64,000 bases of DNA. Source: an uncultured Flavobacteriaceae bacterium. GTDB taxonomy: Bacteria > Pseudomonadota > Alphaproteobacteria > UBA8366 > Aestuariispiraceae. The stretch covers positions 56,888-120,887 of the forward strand of contig CAYGSU010000004.1 in assembly GCA_964352715.1 (NCBI GenBank), written 5' to 3'. Both the position numbers and the translations under genes were made by a program. This document shows positions 19,637 to 28,091 of this stretch, in pieces (the stretch's first letter is position 1; every line of letters starts with the position of its first letter). The notes under the pieces were generated by a model that was given only the letters and a program-made list of their open reading frames with translations, was not told where the DNA came from and made no database searches.

Positions 19637-20620
19637 TTAATTGCTGTCGCCCAGAACCGAGATCGTCCAGGGCTTCCAGACTTCCTCGTTGTCGGCCAGC
19701 CACTTCTTCGCCGCCTCTTCGTGCGTCATTTTTTCAGTGTCAACGAGAGCCGCCATTTCGCCGATCTGCTGCGTGTTGAACGCCAGCTGGGTGAAGGCCC
19801 TGTAAGCATTTGGATGGGACTTCGGCAACTTCCAGTGGGCAGCCTTCTTCAGCCAGCCCTTGGGCGAGCCGCAGCCCGTGGTGTCCATGGTGCCGCCGTC
19901 GGCAAGACGGCAGCCATCGAAATACGGCGGGAAGTCGATGAAAGTGAAGCCTGTCGCATCGGTAAAGTTCGGCGTCCAGTTGAAGATAATCGTGCCACGG
20001 CCTTCCTTCTTGGCCGCTTCTAGTTCGGCCCACAGCGCGTCGGCGCCGCCGCCAAACTTGACGGTCCACAAGTCATCGAGCCCGAGACCCTTGACGCGGT
20101 CCGGCATGGTATCGCCGTGCCAGCTTTGCGGTCCTTCGAGCCAGCGCCCCTTGCCGCCTGAGTCAGGCGTCACGAAGTTTTTCACACAATCGGGGTTCTT
20201 CAGGGCCTCCCAGTTCGGCAATCCCGGGCACAGATTCTGCTCTATTACCCAGTTTGGCACACCCATTTCTTCAAGGGTAACAGCGGGATGGGAACCGGCG
20301 TCGATCAACCCGCCCTTTTCCATGGCATTGTAGAAGGAGTTCTGCATTGTCGACTGCCAGACTTCGTGCGTAATCGAGAGGTCGCCGGTGCGAACGGCCT
20401 CGAAACTGGCCTGAATCTCGACCGGAACATATTCGACATTGTTGCCCATGCTCTCGAAGATGTTGCCGATGACGTAAGCCATGACGATCTGGCTCGACCA
20501 ACTGTGGATCGGAATTTTAATCGGTTCGCTGCTGTCGGCAGCAGATGCATTCGCGCCGAATGCGGCAACGCCGCCCAGCAATGCCAAGGCTGCAATGGCA
20601 TTCTTTATAGTGGATTTCAT
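19637..20620 (-). CDS. tmoX: periplasmic substrate-binding protein, glycine betaine/quaternary-amine family (TmoX-like)
   Basis: Start ATG 20620 with GGGAGA upstream. Signal peptide MKSTIKNAIAALALLGGVAAFGANASA. Trp-rich mature protein typical of OpuAC-type binders. Confidence 0.7.
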   Translation of the reverse strand: MKSTIKNAIAALALLGGVAAFGANASAADSSEPIKIPIHSWSSQIVMAYVIGNIFESMGNNVEYVPVEIQASFEAVRTGDLSITHEVWQSTMQNSFYNAMEKGGLIDAGSHPAVTLEEMGVPNWVIEQNLCPGLPNWEALKNPDCVKNFVTPDSGGKGRWLEGPQSWHGDTMPDRVKGLGLDDLWTVKFGGGADALWAELEAAKKEGRGTIIFNWTPNFTDATGFTFIDFPPYFDGCRLADGGTMDTTGCGSPKGWLKKAAHWKLPKSHPNAYRAFTQLAFNTQQIGEMAALVDTEKMTHEEAAKKWLADNEEVWKPWTISVLGDSN

Positions 20621-20840
20621 TTCTCGTCTCCCTGTTGAGTGGTAATAAACCCTGAACATACAATTGAGAAAACTGATCGACTTACCTCCCCGAAAGACCC
20701 CGCCTCGATCATCCCAGACGTGATCCAACTGCTTCCTCGGCGCCTTGCTTTTTTTTGTTGGAGCACTGCCAAGGCGCCAGGGCAGTACTTCCGTGTCAAA
20801 CTGTAGCTCACCTCACCCATGTCACACTCGCGGGCACCGA

Positions 20841-23177
20841 CTAGGACCGCACCCGAGTTCTCTCCGGGTCGTAGAACGGTAGCGATGTAACCGTGGCGGG
20901 GAGTCTTCTTTGGTGTCCGTCCAGTTTTCCGACCTCTACTTCGGTCCCGGGACCGGAAAACTCCGTCGTGAGACGCGCCATCGCTATGCTCTTCTTCAGA
21001 ATTGGAGATCGGGTGGCGCTTGTAACGATACCGATCTTTGCGCGACCTACGTAGACGCCGTCTCCGTGTCCGACCAGTTCGTTGCCGGTAAACTCAAGGC
21101 CGACCAGTTGCCTTTGGGGGGCATTCATCCGCTTCTCTATTGCATGCTTGCCAACGAAATCTTCGTCCTTTTTGCGGTCGATCACGAAGCCGATTCCCGC
21201 CTCGCAGGGATCCGTCTGATCGTCGAATTCGTGACCGGCAAAAACCAATCCGGCTTCGATACGCAGCATGTCCAGTGCCGCCATGCCCATGGGCGTCAGA
21301 CCGTGGTCTTTGCCAGCCTCCATCAACGCATCCCAAACAACGACCGCGTCCTTGGGATGGCACCAGACTTCATACCCCAACTCGCCCGTATAACCTGTTC
21401 GGGAAACAATCGCGATTGGTCCGTTGAAATCTCCGACGCGTCCGACGACAAAGCGGAACCGCTTTAGATCTCCCACGGATGTTGCACCCTCCGGAGTCCA
21501 GATTGCGGACGCCACGATGTCACGGCTATTGGGCCCTTGTATGGCGAGGTTGTGAAGTTGATCCGTGGCGGTTTTTACATGGACTCTCAGATCCGATGCC
21601 TCTGCCTTTTCACGCAACCAGATGCCTCCGAGATCATTGCCTCCAATCCATCTGAAATTGTTGGCTCCAAACTTGAACAGCGTCCCGTCGTCGATCATGC
21701 CGCCACTTTCGTAACACAGTGCGGTATAACCTACTTGGCCGTCCGACATGCGACGGACATCACGGGGCAGTGTACGCTGCAACAGTTCTTCGGCGTCAGG
21801 ACCGAGAACCTCATATTTTCTCAATGGCGACAGGTCCATGATCGTCGCTTTTTCCCGGCAAGCGTAGTACTCCTTCACAGCACCGAGATTGTTGAACGCG
21901 TTAGGGACCCAGAACCCGTTATACTCGGAAAAGTTCTTCGTAATAGCAGAGGTCCGGGAATGAAATGCTGTCTCTTGGGTCAACTGGGTATCTGAATCAG
22001 GTGTCATGCGATAGCCTATTGCTCTGGAGATTTTGTTTTGTGCCGGGTAAACCCGCACATGAATATCCGTGGGGTTCCATCCGTTCGTCGGGTTGACTTC
22101 GTCGGGGCACGCTGAGGAACTACAGACTAGAGATTTACTTGCGCGCACGAGTACATAGTCGCCTGGACGGGTCCACGGCTCGTCGACGTAAAACTGCAGA
22201 TCGTCCGTGAAGCCCGTGTTCGAAAACAAATTGATGGCCGGCCAACCTGGGCGAGGCGTTACTCCATATGGTGCAAGAACGGCATTCATATTGTCCGTGC
22301 AGTTCACATGGCCCGGGTATCCGATATCCTCATAGCCACGTGCGTTGCATGCGAATGCAAAGGTATCGTGACGCCCGACAGTATCTCGCACGACTTCCAG
22401 AAGAGGCTGCAAATCTGGATCGAGGAACTTCGAATGGAGGCCCGGCCCAGGATACGCAGAACCAATATGTGTACGAGTGGCGGTTGAATCGAACGTGCGT
22501 TCAACGCCTTGCTGAAGCTGCTTCGCGTCAAAGACCAAGAGGTCAGAGCACTGACGACCCGATACATCGATGATCTGGATATATTCCCCCTCTTCCACTT
22601 CGTATGCTTGCGCAGTACGACGATCAATACGAATATCCAATCGCGGTTCGGCGAGCGGCGCAGGAAGAGGTGTGTCTTCGTTATTTCGTCTCCGAGCCCG
22701 TTCTATTGTTAGCTCTAGAGCCGTTGGCGGGGTTTGCTGATCCGGCTCCATAGCCTTGCCTGGCGCGGCTACGATACAGGTTACACTCCGCTCCGCGACA
22801 AATGACTGACTACTGCCTGGGCGTGACGTTCCCCCCATGACCTCGGCCGCCTTCAAGTTCTGCGGATCAACGCCCAGACGACTCAATTCGGCGAGAACAG
22901 GCTGGGCCGCTACGCCGGCATTGCGCAATGTGTCGCACAGCCCTGTGATGGTTTTATCGTTCTTGACGGACAATGCGGCGGCGTCGTCTCGGCCGGATGC
23001 ATCAAGAACTGCAATCTCCGCTGTTTGCCCCCCTTCCGGGTCTCGTACCGAAATTCTATCGCCCGCTTCAACCGAAACCCAAATGACGCCTGATCCCGGA
23101 ACCCTGTAGCGCTCCATCGACGGCGCGAGCCGCGAAAAGCCGTATTCAATCGATCTTGGTCTGCTAATGAGATTCAT
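20841..23177 (-). CDS. tdm: DUF1989-GcvT fusion protein, trimethylamine-N-oxide demethylase (Tdm)-like
   Basis: Start ATG 23177 (MNLISRPRSIEYG) with GAGGGAG upstream; the longer track ORF would begin upstream of the sigma54 promoter. The middle region is DUF1989-like (YIQIIDVSGRQCSDLLVFD...). The C-terminal half is GcvT-like with SRTGYTGELGYEVW. Confidence 0.7.
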   Translation of the reverse strand: MNLISRPRSIEYGFSRLAPSMERYRVPGSGVIWVSVEAGDRISVRDPEGGQTAEIAVLDASGRDDAAALSVKNDKTITGLCDTLRNAGVAAQPVLAELSRLGVDPQNLKAAEVMGGTSRPGSSQSFVAERSVTCIVAAPGKAMEPDQQTPPTALELTIERARRRNNEDTPLPAPLAEPRLDIRIDRRTAQAYEVEEGEYIQIIDVSGRQCSDLLVFDAKQLQQGVERTFDSTATRTHIGSAYPGPGLHSKFLDPDLQPLLEVVRDTVGRHDTFAFACNARGYEDIGYPGHVNCTDNMNAVLAPYGVTPRPGWPAINLFSNTGFTDDLQFYVDEPWTRPGDYVLVRASKSLVCSSSACPDEVNPTNGWNPTDIHVRVYPAQNKISRAIGYRMTPDSDTQLTQETAFHSRTSAITKNFSEYNGFWVPNAFNNLGAVKEYYACREKATIMDLSPLRKYEVLGPDAEELLQRTLPRDVRRMSDGQVGYTALCYESGGMIDDGTLFKFGANNFRWIGGNDLGGIWLREKAEASDLRVHVKTATDQLHNLAIQGPNSRDIVASAIWTPEGATSVGDLKRFRFVVGRVGDFNGPIAIVSRTGYTGELGYEVWCHPKDAVVVWDALMEAGKDHGLTPMGMAALDMLRIEAGLVFAGHEFDDQTDPCEAGIGFVIDRKKDEDFVGKHAIEKRMNAPQRQLVGLEFTGNELVGHGDGVYVGRAKIGIVTSATRSPILKKSIAMARLTTEFSGPGTEVEVGKLDGHQRRLPATVTSLPFYDPERTRVRS

Positions 23178-23277
23178 CCGTATCTCCCTCGAAACATATG
23201 CCTCGCGTTGTAGACATTCCCGGAGTCGCGTATTTGTAGGATGCCGATAGCAACACAAACCTTCTTGGCCAAAAATC

Positions 23278-23293
23278 TGCAATTGACATGCCA
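23278..23293 (-). promoter_or_regulatory. sigma54 (-24/-12) promoter for the tdm-like gene
   Basis: The minus strand reads TGGCATGTCAATTGCA, with exactly 10 nt between GG and GC. It lies about 100 nt upstream of ATG 23177. Confidence 0.8.
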
Positions 23294-23352
23294 AAAGAAC
23301 TTTTTCTCGGAACGTGGCGCAGACTCGGCGCTCCAGCGACCGGCGTCACGCT

Positions 23353-23395
23353 CTGCAATGTGATAGTATAGGCAAATTTGCATATTTTATTGCAG
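23353..23395. promoter_or_regulatory. nested inverted repeats, candidate enhancer for the island EBP
   Basis: CTGCAAT (23353-23359) ... GCAAATTTGC (23372-23381) ... ATTGCAG (23389-23395), lying 60-115 bp upstream of the -24/-12 element. Confidence 0.55.
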
Positions 23396-24161
23396 TTTTG
23401 AGCACATGAAATCTCGCGCCCTCTGTCGTTCAACCCAAGTATGGCGGGGATCGGACCGCTTCGTTTCCTCTGTCATCGGGTCGGGCGCAGGCACATTTTC
23501 CCAATCCATGCTGCCTCACATGCCGGATGCAATCAGCCCATTGCGGGGATCCTTCGCAGCAACCCGACATCCCGCGCAACTATGATGAATTCGTGGACTA
23601 TGCTGCCGGCGCTGTCTTTGCAGACAGTTCGACCCTGTCCTAGAATACGGAGGAACGACAACGGGCAGCGTACTGTCGAACAACAACAGGCAGTGTGCTG
23701 ACGGAGAGAAACGCACACCTCCCGTGGCCTGCTCCCGTTGCCGAGAACCCGGAAATCGAATTCGTGCAACAACATCCCAATCCAAAGGAACTGAGGCATT
23801 GCCGGCACGATCACGGCTTATGGTGCCTGCACGAGGGCACTTCAACCAACCGCTATGTGCTGGATAGTCTCGGCATGAGATTTGCTTGTATAGTCAGGAA
23901 ATCGCGGTCTTTGGCAGGCTAGAATGGATAGTGGCTTATTGGCATTTACTTCCGGATTGTTCTTCGTTTCCGCCAGTTCGATTTGTTGACAGTCAGGGGG
24001 GTCTCACTTTGGAAGCCTCAGCAGAGTGCAAATCTAGACTCTGGGCTGGAAATCGATTGCGGTTTCGATCCCGCCATGTGAAAGACCGGAGCCCGGTCGT
24101 TTTATGTCAAATTGAGTAATAAATCAGCGGTGCGTGAACCCTAAGAGGAGTATGAAGCAGC

Positions 24162-25361
24162 ATGAAGAGCAAGAGCCCAGGATCTGCTGCACTCGAGACG
24201 ATCATCTTCGACGAAAAATTGCGAATACTGGATGAGGCACCTACCCTCATTGATGCCTTCGATTCAAATGGCACATTGTATTTCTGCAATGATCGGCAAG
24301 CCCAGATGTTGGGATACCAGCCTGCAAGCCTTGTCGGCGAATCGATGTCTCGTATCTATACTCAAAGCTCGACAGAAGCCCTGCTGGAGGCAATCGAGGG
24401 AGGCAATTCAGAAAACGCGCTACCGCTGGATCTGGATTTACGGTGTTCGAACGGATCGACGATTTCAGTGATTGGTGACTGGGAAGCCGTCCACTCTGAC
24501 ACAGGGCAACCACTCTATATTGTATCGAAGTTGTTCAGCCAAGGGCGCCGTCGAAGTGACCTTGCTGAAGAGAACGAGATACTGCAATGCTATTCAGACC
24601 TCTCCAAAGATGCCTTTTGGTGCATCGAGTTTGACGAACCGATAGATATTCAATTGCCCCGTCAAGAGATTGTACGGCAGGTCTTTGAAAACCGAAGCCA
24701 CTGGCGTCTATGTAACGCGGCGATTTCCGAAATGTACGGACTACCGACCGGCTTGAGCATCGAATCCAGCCCCGTTTCCGCATTCTTTCAGCGTCGGCCG
24801 GCAAACGAGCGGTTCATCCACCAGTTGCTTGATGCAAACCTCTCTCTAAATGGCGTGGCCGCGATCGACATACACTCTGACAATACACCAATGCTGATCG
24901 AGAATGATGTGCGCGGGCATGTAGTTCACGGTCAACTGAAGAGACTAGTGGGAATCGTAAGGAAAGTTCCAAAGGAACGCTATATCGAGAGATATCTCTC
25001 AGATCGTCTGGACGTGACGCTAGACATATTGAACGCCCTGCCGGATCCGGTCGGTATACTGGATCGCGACGGCCGATTTTTAGCAATCAATCCGGTGCTT
25101 GCACACCTTATAGAGACCCCACCCGTAACCGAGGGACTGAAGTTGCAAGACATCGTGGAGTGGCGAACTGATCGGCACACGTCCGGTCGTCTTGATTGGC
25201 CAATTTTGAAAGCGCCCTTTGTAGAAACTGTCCAATTAAGATTGGAAGGCCAGGCTCCTCGGTACTGCCAAATGTATGTGAATGCAACAGCATGTAACGA
25301 CTTGGAAGACTGCTTCATCGTCATGTTCAGGGAGAGCATGTCAAAGGAGACGGCGAAATGA
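24162..25361 (+). CDS. multi-PAS sensor protein without an output domain
   Basis: 399 aa with about three PAS-like modules (e.g. LDEAPTLIDAFDSNGTLYFCNDRQAQMLGY and ILNALPDPVGILDRDGRFLAINPV). AAGAGGAG lies upstream. The stop overlaps the next start (ATGA). Confidence 0.65.
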   Translation: MKSKSPGSAALETIIFDEKLRILDEAPTLIDAFDSNGTLYFCNDRQAQMLGYQPASLVGESMSRIYTQSSTEALLEAIEGGNSENALPLDLDLRCSNGSTISVIGDWEAVHSDTGQPLYIVSKLFSQGRRRSDLAEENEILQCYSDLSKDAFWCIEFDEPIDIQLPRQEIVRQVFENRSHWRLCNAAISEMYGLPTGLSIESSPVSAFFQRRPANERFIHQLLDANLSLNGVAAIDIHSDNTPMLIENDVRGHVVHGQLKRLVGIVRKVPKERYIERYLSDRLDVTLDILNALPDPVGILDRDGRFLAINPVLAHLIETPPVTEGLKLQDIVEWRTDRHTSGRLDWPILKAPFVETVQLRLEGQAPRYCQMYVNATACNDLEDCFIVMFRESMSKETAK

Positions 25362-26794
25362 TTCTCTCGAAACCAAGTTCTGACTCGTCACAGGCATCAG
25401 ACGAAGCTGATGGCATGGCCGTTCTAACTCAACAGCCATCTTTCCAGAATTTCATCGAGAGCCTTCCCGACGGTGTGACCATTTTGCAAGGCGACGGGAA
25501 GATTTTGAGCATGAATCGAGTGGCGGGCCAGATGAACGGCCTGCCGACCGAATCTATTGTGGGCAACTCTATTGCGGATCTTGTTGCAGCGTCACGGCTC
25601 AACTTGGATCCGGTTCTATCGTCTTTTTACGATCGCCGTCGTATCACCCATGTAAGCCGCACACCTGACGGTACAAGTGTTATGACGTGCCTTGGTGGAG
25701 TGCTCGACGACGAGCGTAGTTTCAAGTTCTCGTTCGTTGTGCAACGTGACCTTGATGTTATTGACGAACAGCGTTCACAAGACAGCCAAGGCGGCCTCAA
25801 CAGACTTCGCAACCGAGAATTCAAGAAACGCGGCGAGAACGAGCTAGCGAACTGGCCGATTTCAGAAAGGATGCGCCGCGCTATTGAGACTGCAAGTCGC
25901 GGGCTTTCAATGAATGAGCCCGTGATTATCACGGGAGAGACAGGGGCTGGGAAGACGTTTGTAGCCCGAAGAGTTCACCAGTTGCTGGAAGCCAGAACGG
26001 GCCCATTCATTCAGGTTAGTTGTGGCAGTATTCCGTCGAGCTTGTTCGAATCTGAGTTCTTTGGTTACGAGCGAGGATCATTCACCGGCGCGTTGAGTCG
26101 TGGGCGAGGCGGATTTGCCGAGGCGGCGCATGGCGGCACCATGTTCCTTGACGAGATCGGAGAAGTGCCACTCGAAGATCAAGCTAAATTGCTTCGTTTC
26201 ATCGAAGATCGGGTAGTGAACCGCATTGGTTCACAACAGGACCGAAAAGTTGATGTGCGAATCATCGCGGCCACTAATCGAGACCTTCCGGCAATGATCA
26301 AAGCGGGCAATTTTCGTTCAGATCTCTTCTATCGCCTAAGTGTCATCAATTTGCCGTTGGCACCATTGCGTGAGCAGAAGGATTTCGTTGGCCAGTTGAT
26401 TGATTTCTATTTCGATCATATGTCAATCAAGACAGGACAAGAAATCAGGATCAGCGACGAGGATCGAGACCTGCTATTGAACTATGAATTCCCCGGCAAC
26501 GTCCGGGAACTCGTCAATATCATCAAGCAGTATTCAATTCTTTTTGGAACTGACAACCAACGGTCGATTGCTTCTTGCTTGCAACCAATGACGCGTTCTG
26601 AAGAAACGGAACAGACATTTCTGACATACGTTCCGCCGCCACATATACGAACTCTGCGCGATCAGGTCGCGTCCTATGAAAGGGCATTGATCACGCACGC
26701 GGTTGCGACGCTGGGCAGCCAACGCAAGGCTGCGGATTTTCTAGAGGTTGATATCAGTACGCTTGGGCGAAAACTCCATCGTCAGGAGAAATAA
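25358..26794 (+). CDS. sigma54-dependent transcriptional activator (PAS - AAA+ - Fis-type HTH)
   Basis: Walker A GETGAGKT, sigma54-contact loop ESEFFGYERGSFTGA (a GAFTGA variant), Walker B GGTMFLDEIGE and C-terminal HTH QRKAADFLEVDISTLGRKL. Confidence 0.85.
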   Translation: MILSKPSSDSSQASDEADGMAVLTQQPSFQNFIESLPDGVTILQGDGKILSMNRVAGQMNGLPTESIVGNSIADLVAASRLNLDPVLSSFYDRRRITHVSRTPDGTSVMTCLGGVLDDERSFKFSFVVQRDLDVIDEQRSQDSQGGLNRLRNREFKKRGENELANWPISERMRRAIETASRGLSMNEPVIITGETGAGKTFVARRVHQLLEARTGPFIQVSCGSIPSSLFESEFFGYERGSFTGALSRGRGGFAEAAHGGTMFLDEIGEVPLEDQAKLLRFIEDRVVNRIGSQQDRKVDVRIIAATNRDLPAMIKAGNFRSDLFYRLSVINLPLAPLREQKDFVGQLIDFYFDHMSIKTGQEIRISDEDRDLLLNYEFPGNVRELVNIIKQYSILFGTDNQRSIASCLQPMTRSEETEQTFLTYVPPPHIRTLRDQVASYERALITHAVATLGSQRKAADFLEVDISTLGRKLHRQEK

Positions 26795-26913
26795 GGGTCG
26801 CCCGATACTCCGGCGGCACCGGAGATTTTCATCCGCATGGATGACAAAAGGTCAACGCACCAACAATCAAACCGGACCGGTCGCAGGGGCAGGTCAAGAA
26901 GTGGAGGTAAGCA

Positions 26914-27270
26914 ATGGAAAGGTCAGTGATCAACGTCGAAGAAGCCGATTGGAAGACCTATAGTCTGCAAGGTCGTCCACAAGAAGACATCTCATGGCAC
27001 AACATCAGCTGGTCAGACGCGGATGACACAGGGTTTTTCCTCCTGAAGTTCAAGCCCGGCGGCGAATCGATCGCGCACGAACATCTCGGTTTCGAGGAGT
27101 TCATTGTCCTCAAAGGTGAACTCATTGATCATGACGGGTATGTTTATCGGCAAGGCGACTGTGTTTCGCTGTCTGCCGGTTCCAGGCATTTCACCCGTTC
27201 AGAGCAGGAAACGATTGTCGGCGTGTTCGTTAGAGGAGGCTTTCGGACAATCAGTAAAGTAGCGTTGTAA
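26914..27270 (+). CDS. cupin-domain protein (ChrR-like cupin)
   Basis: 118 aa. Cupin motifs GESIAHEHLGFEEFIVLKGEL and GDCVSLSAGSRH. Confidence 0.6.
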   Translation: MERSVINVEEADWKTYSLQGRPQEDISWHNISWSDADDTGFFLLKFKPGGESIAHEHLGFEEFIVLKGELIDHDGYVYRQGDCVSLSAGSRHFTRSEQETIVGVFVRGGFRTISKVAL

Positions 27271-27348
27271 GCTAATTTTGACGCACGGTGAGAGGCCGGC
27301 CACGTGAGTGGGACCATGCGATGCATGAGCAGGAAACGGATAGCCTAG

Positions 27349-27384
27349 TTCAATACCTGTTATCCTTACCGGTGTGCGAGTCCG
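27349..27384 (+). repeat. degenerate direct copy of the tRNA-Leu 3' half (att-like scar)
   Basis: Hand alignment of 27349-27384 against tRNA positions 12429-12464 (anticodon loop to T-stem) gives 32 of 36 identical, in the same orientation. The last 19 nt of the tRNA are not copied. Confidence 0.65.
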
Positions 27385-28091
27385 CACTCTCAAGCGACCG
27401 CCATCCGGCATCGCATGAATGGCGTTGACCAACAGGTTGACAAGAATCTGTTGCAGTTCGGTCCGATTCATCGCGATCTGCCTGTTTGCCGCATCGTCGC
27501 GCTCGACGGATATGTCACCCTTCTGAAGCAGATGTTTGACCAAAGGCAGGTAATCGGAAACGACGTCCTGTGGCTTGTGGCTCGCCACGTAGTCCGCATA
27601 TTCCTCAGGCTTCGCGAATTGCTGCAGTTTGGTGACGATGATGTTGATCCGGTGAATCTGTTCGTCAAGCAGCGTAAGTTCGGTGTCGACCGATTCAGCC
27701 CTGTCGCCAATACTGCTGCGAAGAACGTCAAGGTTGCCCTGCATCACTGCAATGGGATTGTTGATTTCGTGGGCGACACCGGCAGTGAACTCGCCGATCG
27801 CGGCGAGCTTCTCCGACATGATCAACTGCTTCGTCGTCGCTTCAAGTTGCAGATTTGCCTGCTTTAGTTCGCGCGTACATTCGTCAACCCGTTTGTCCAG
27901 TTCGTCGTTCAAGTCGCGAAGCTGCCGATCTCGGCGTCGGATGCAACGATACCGGTGCGTGCGCTCAGATCGCCGCCTTCTATCCGATAGGTGCGGTTGC
28001 CCTTTTGCGATTGGAGAACATCTGCACGGTCCATGGCGGACCAAAACCTGTACGAATCAAATTTCTGAATGAAGACTGTTGAAGGTCGCAT
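27385..28091 (-). pseudogene. histidine kinase relic (HAMP end + HisKA + start of HATPase; frameshifted, both ends missing)
   Basis: HisKA FTAGVAHEINNPIAVMQGNL and N-box LVNLLVNAIHAMPDGGRL, after which the frame runs into the tRNA-like scar. The HAMP-like IEGGDLSARTGIVASDAEIGS sits in a different frame (shift near 27925). No TM or sensor region and no G1/G2 boxes. Confidence 0.65.

Larger units (their letters stand above)
12484..28090. mobile_element. putative degraded genomic island integrated at tRNA-Leu
   Basis: It starts at the tRNA 3' end. An integrase relic sits at 12.6-12.85 kb and a tRNA half-copy at 27349-27384. Spot GC counts are 38-53% inside versus 63-73% outside. The cargo is accessory catabolic genes, and a histidine-kinase relic lies at the right end. 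Confidence 0.55.

Noticed and set aside
20739-20778. Inverted repeat GGCGCCTTG ... CAAGGCGCC in the tdm-tmoX spacer, considered as a terminator or a third sigma54 site
   Set aside because: The loop is 22 nt, and the T-run lies inside the loop on the non-transcribed (plus) strand rather than after the stem on the minus-strand transcript. No GG-N10-GC element fits. It may still be an RNA-processing or stability element, but I cannot support that.
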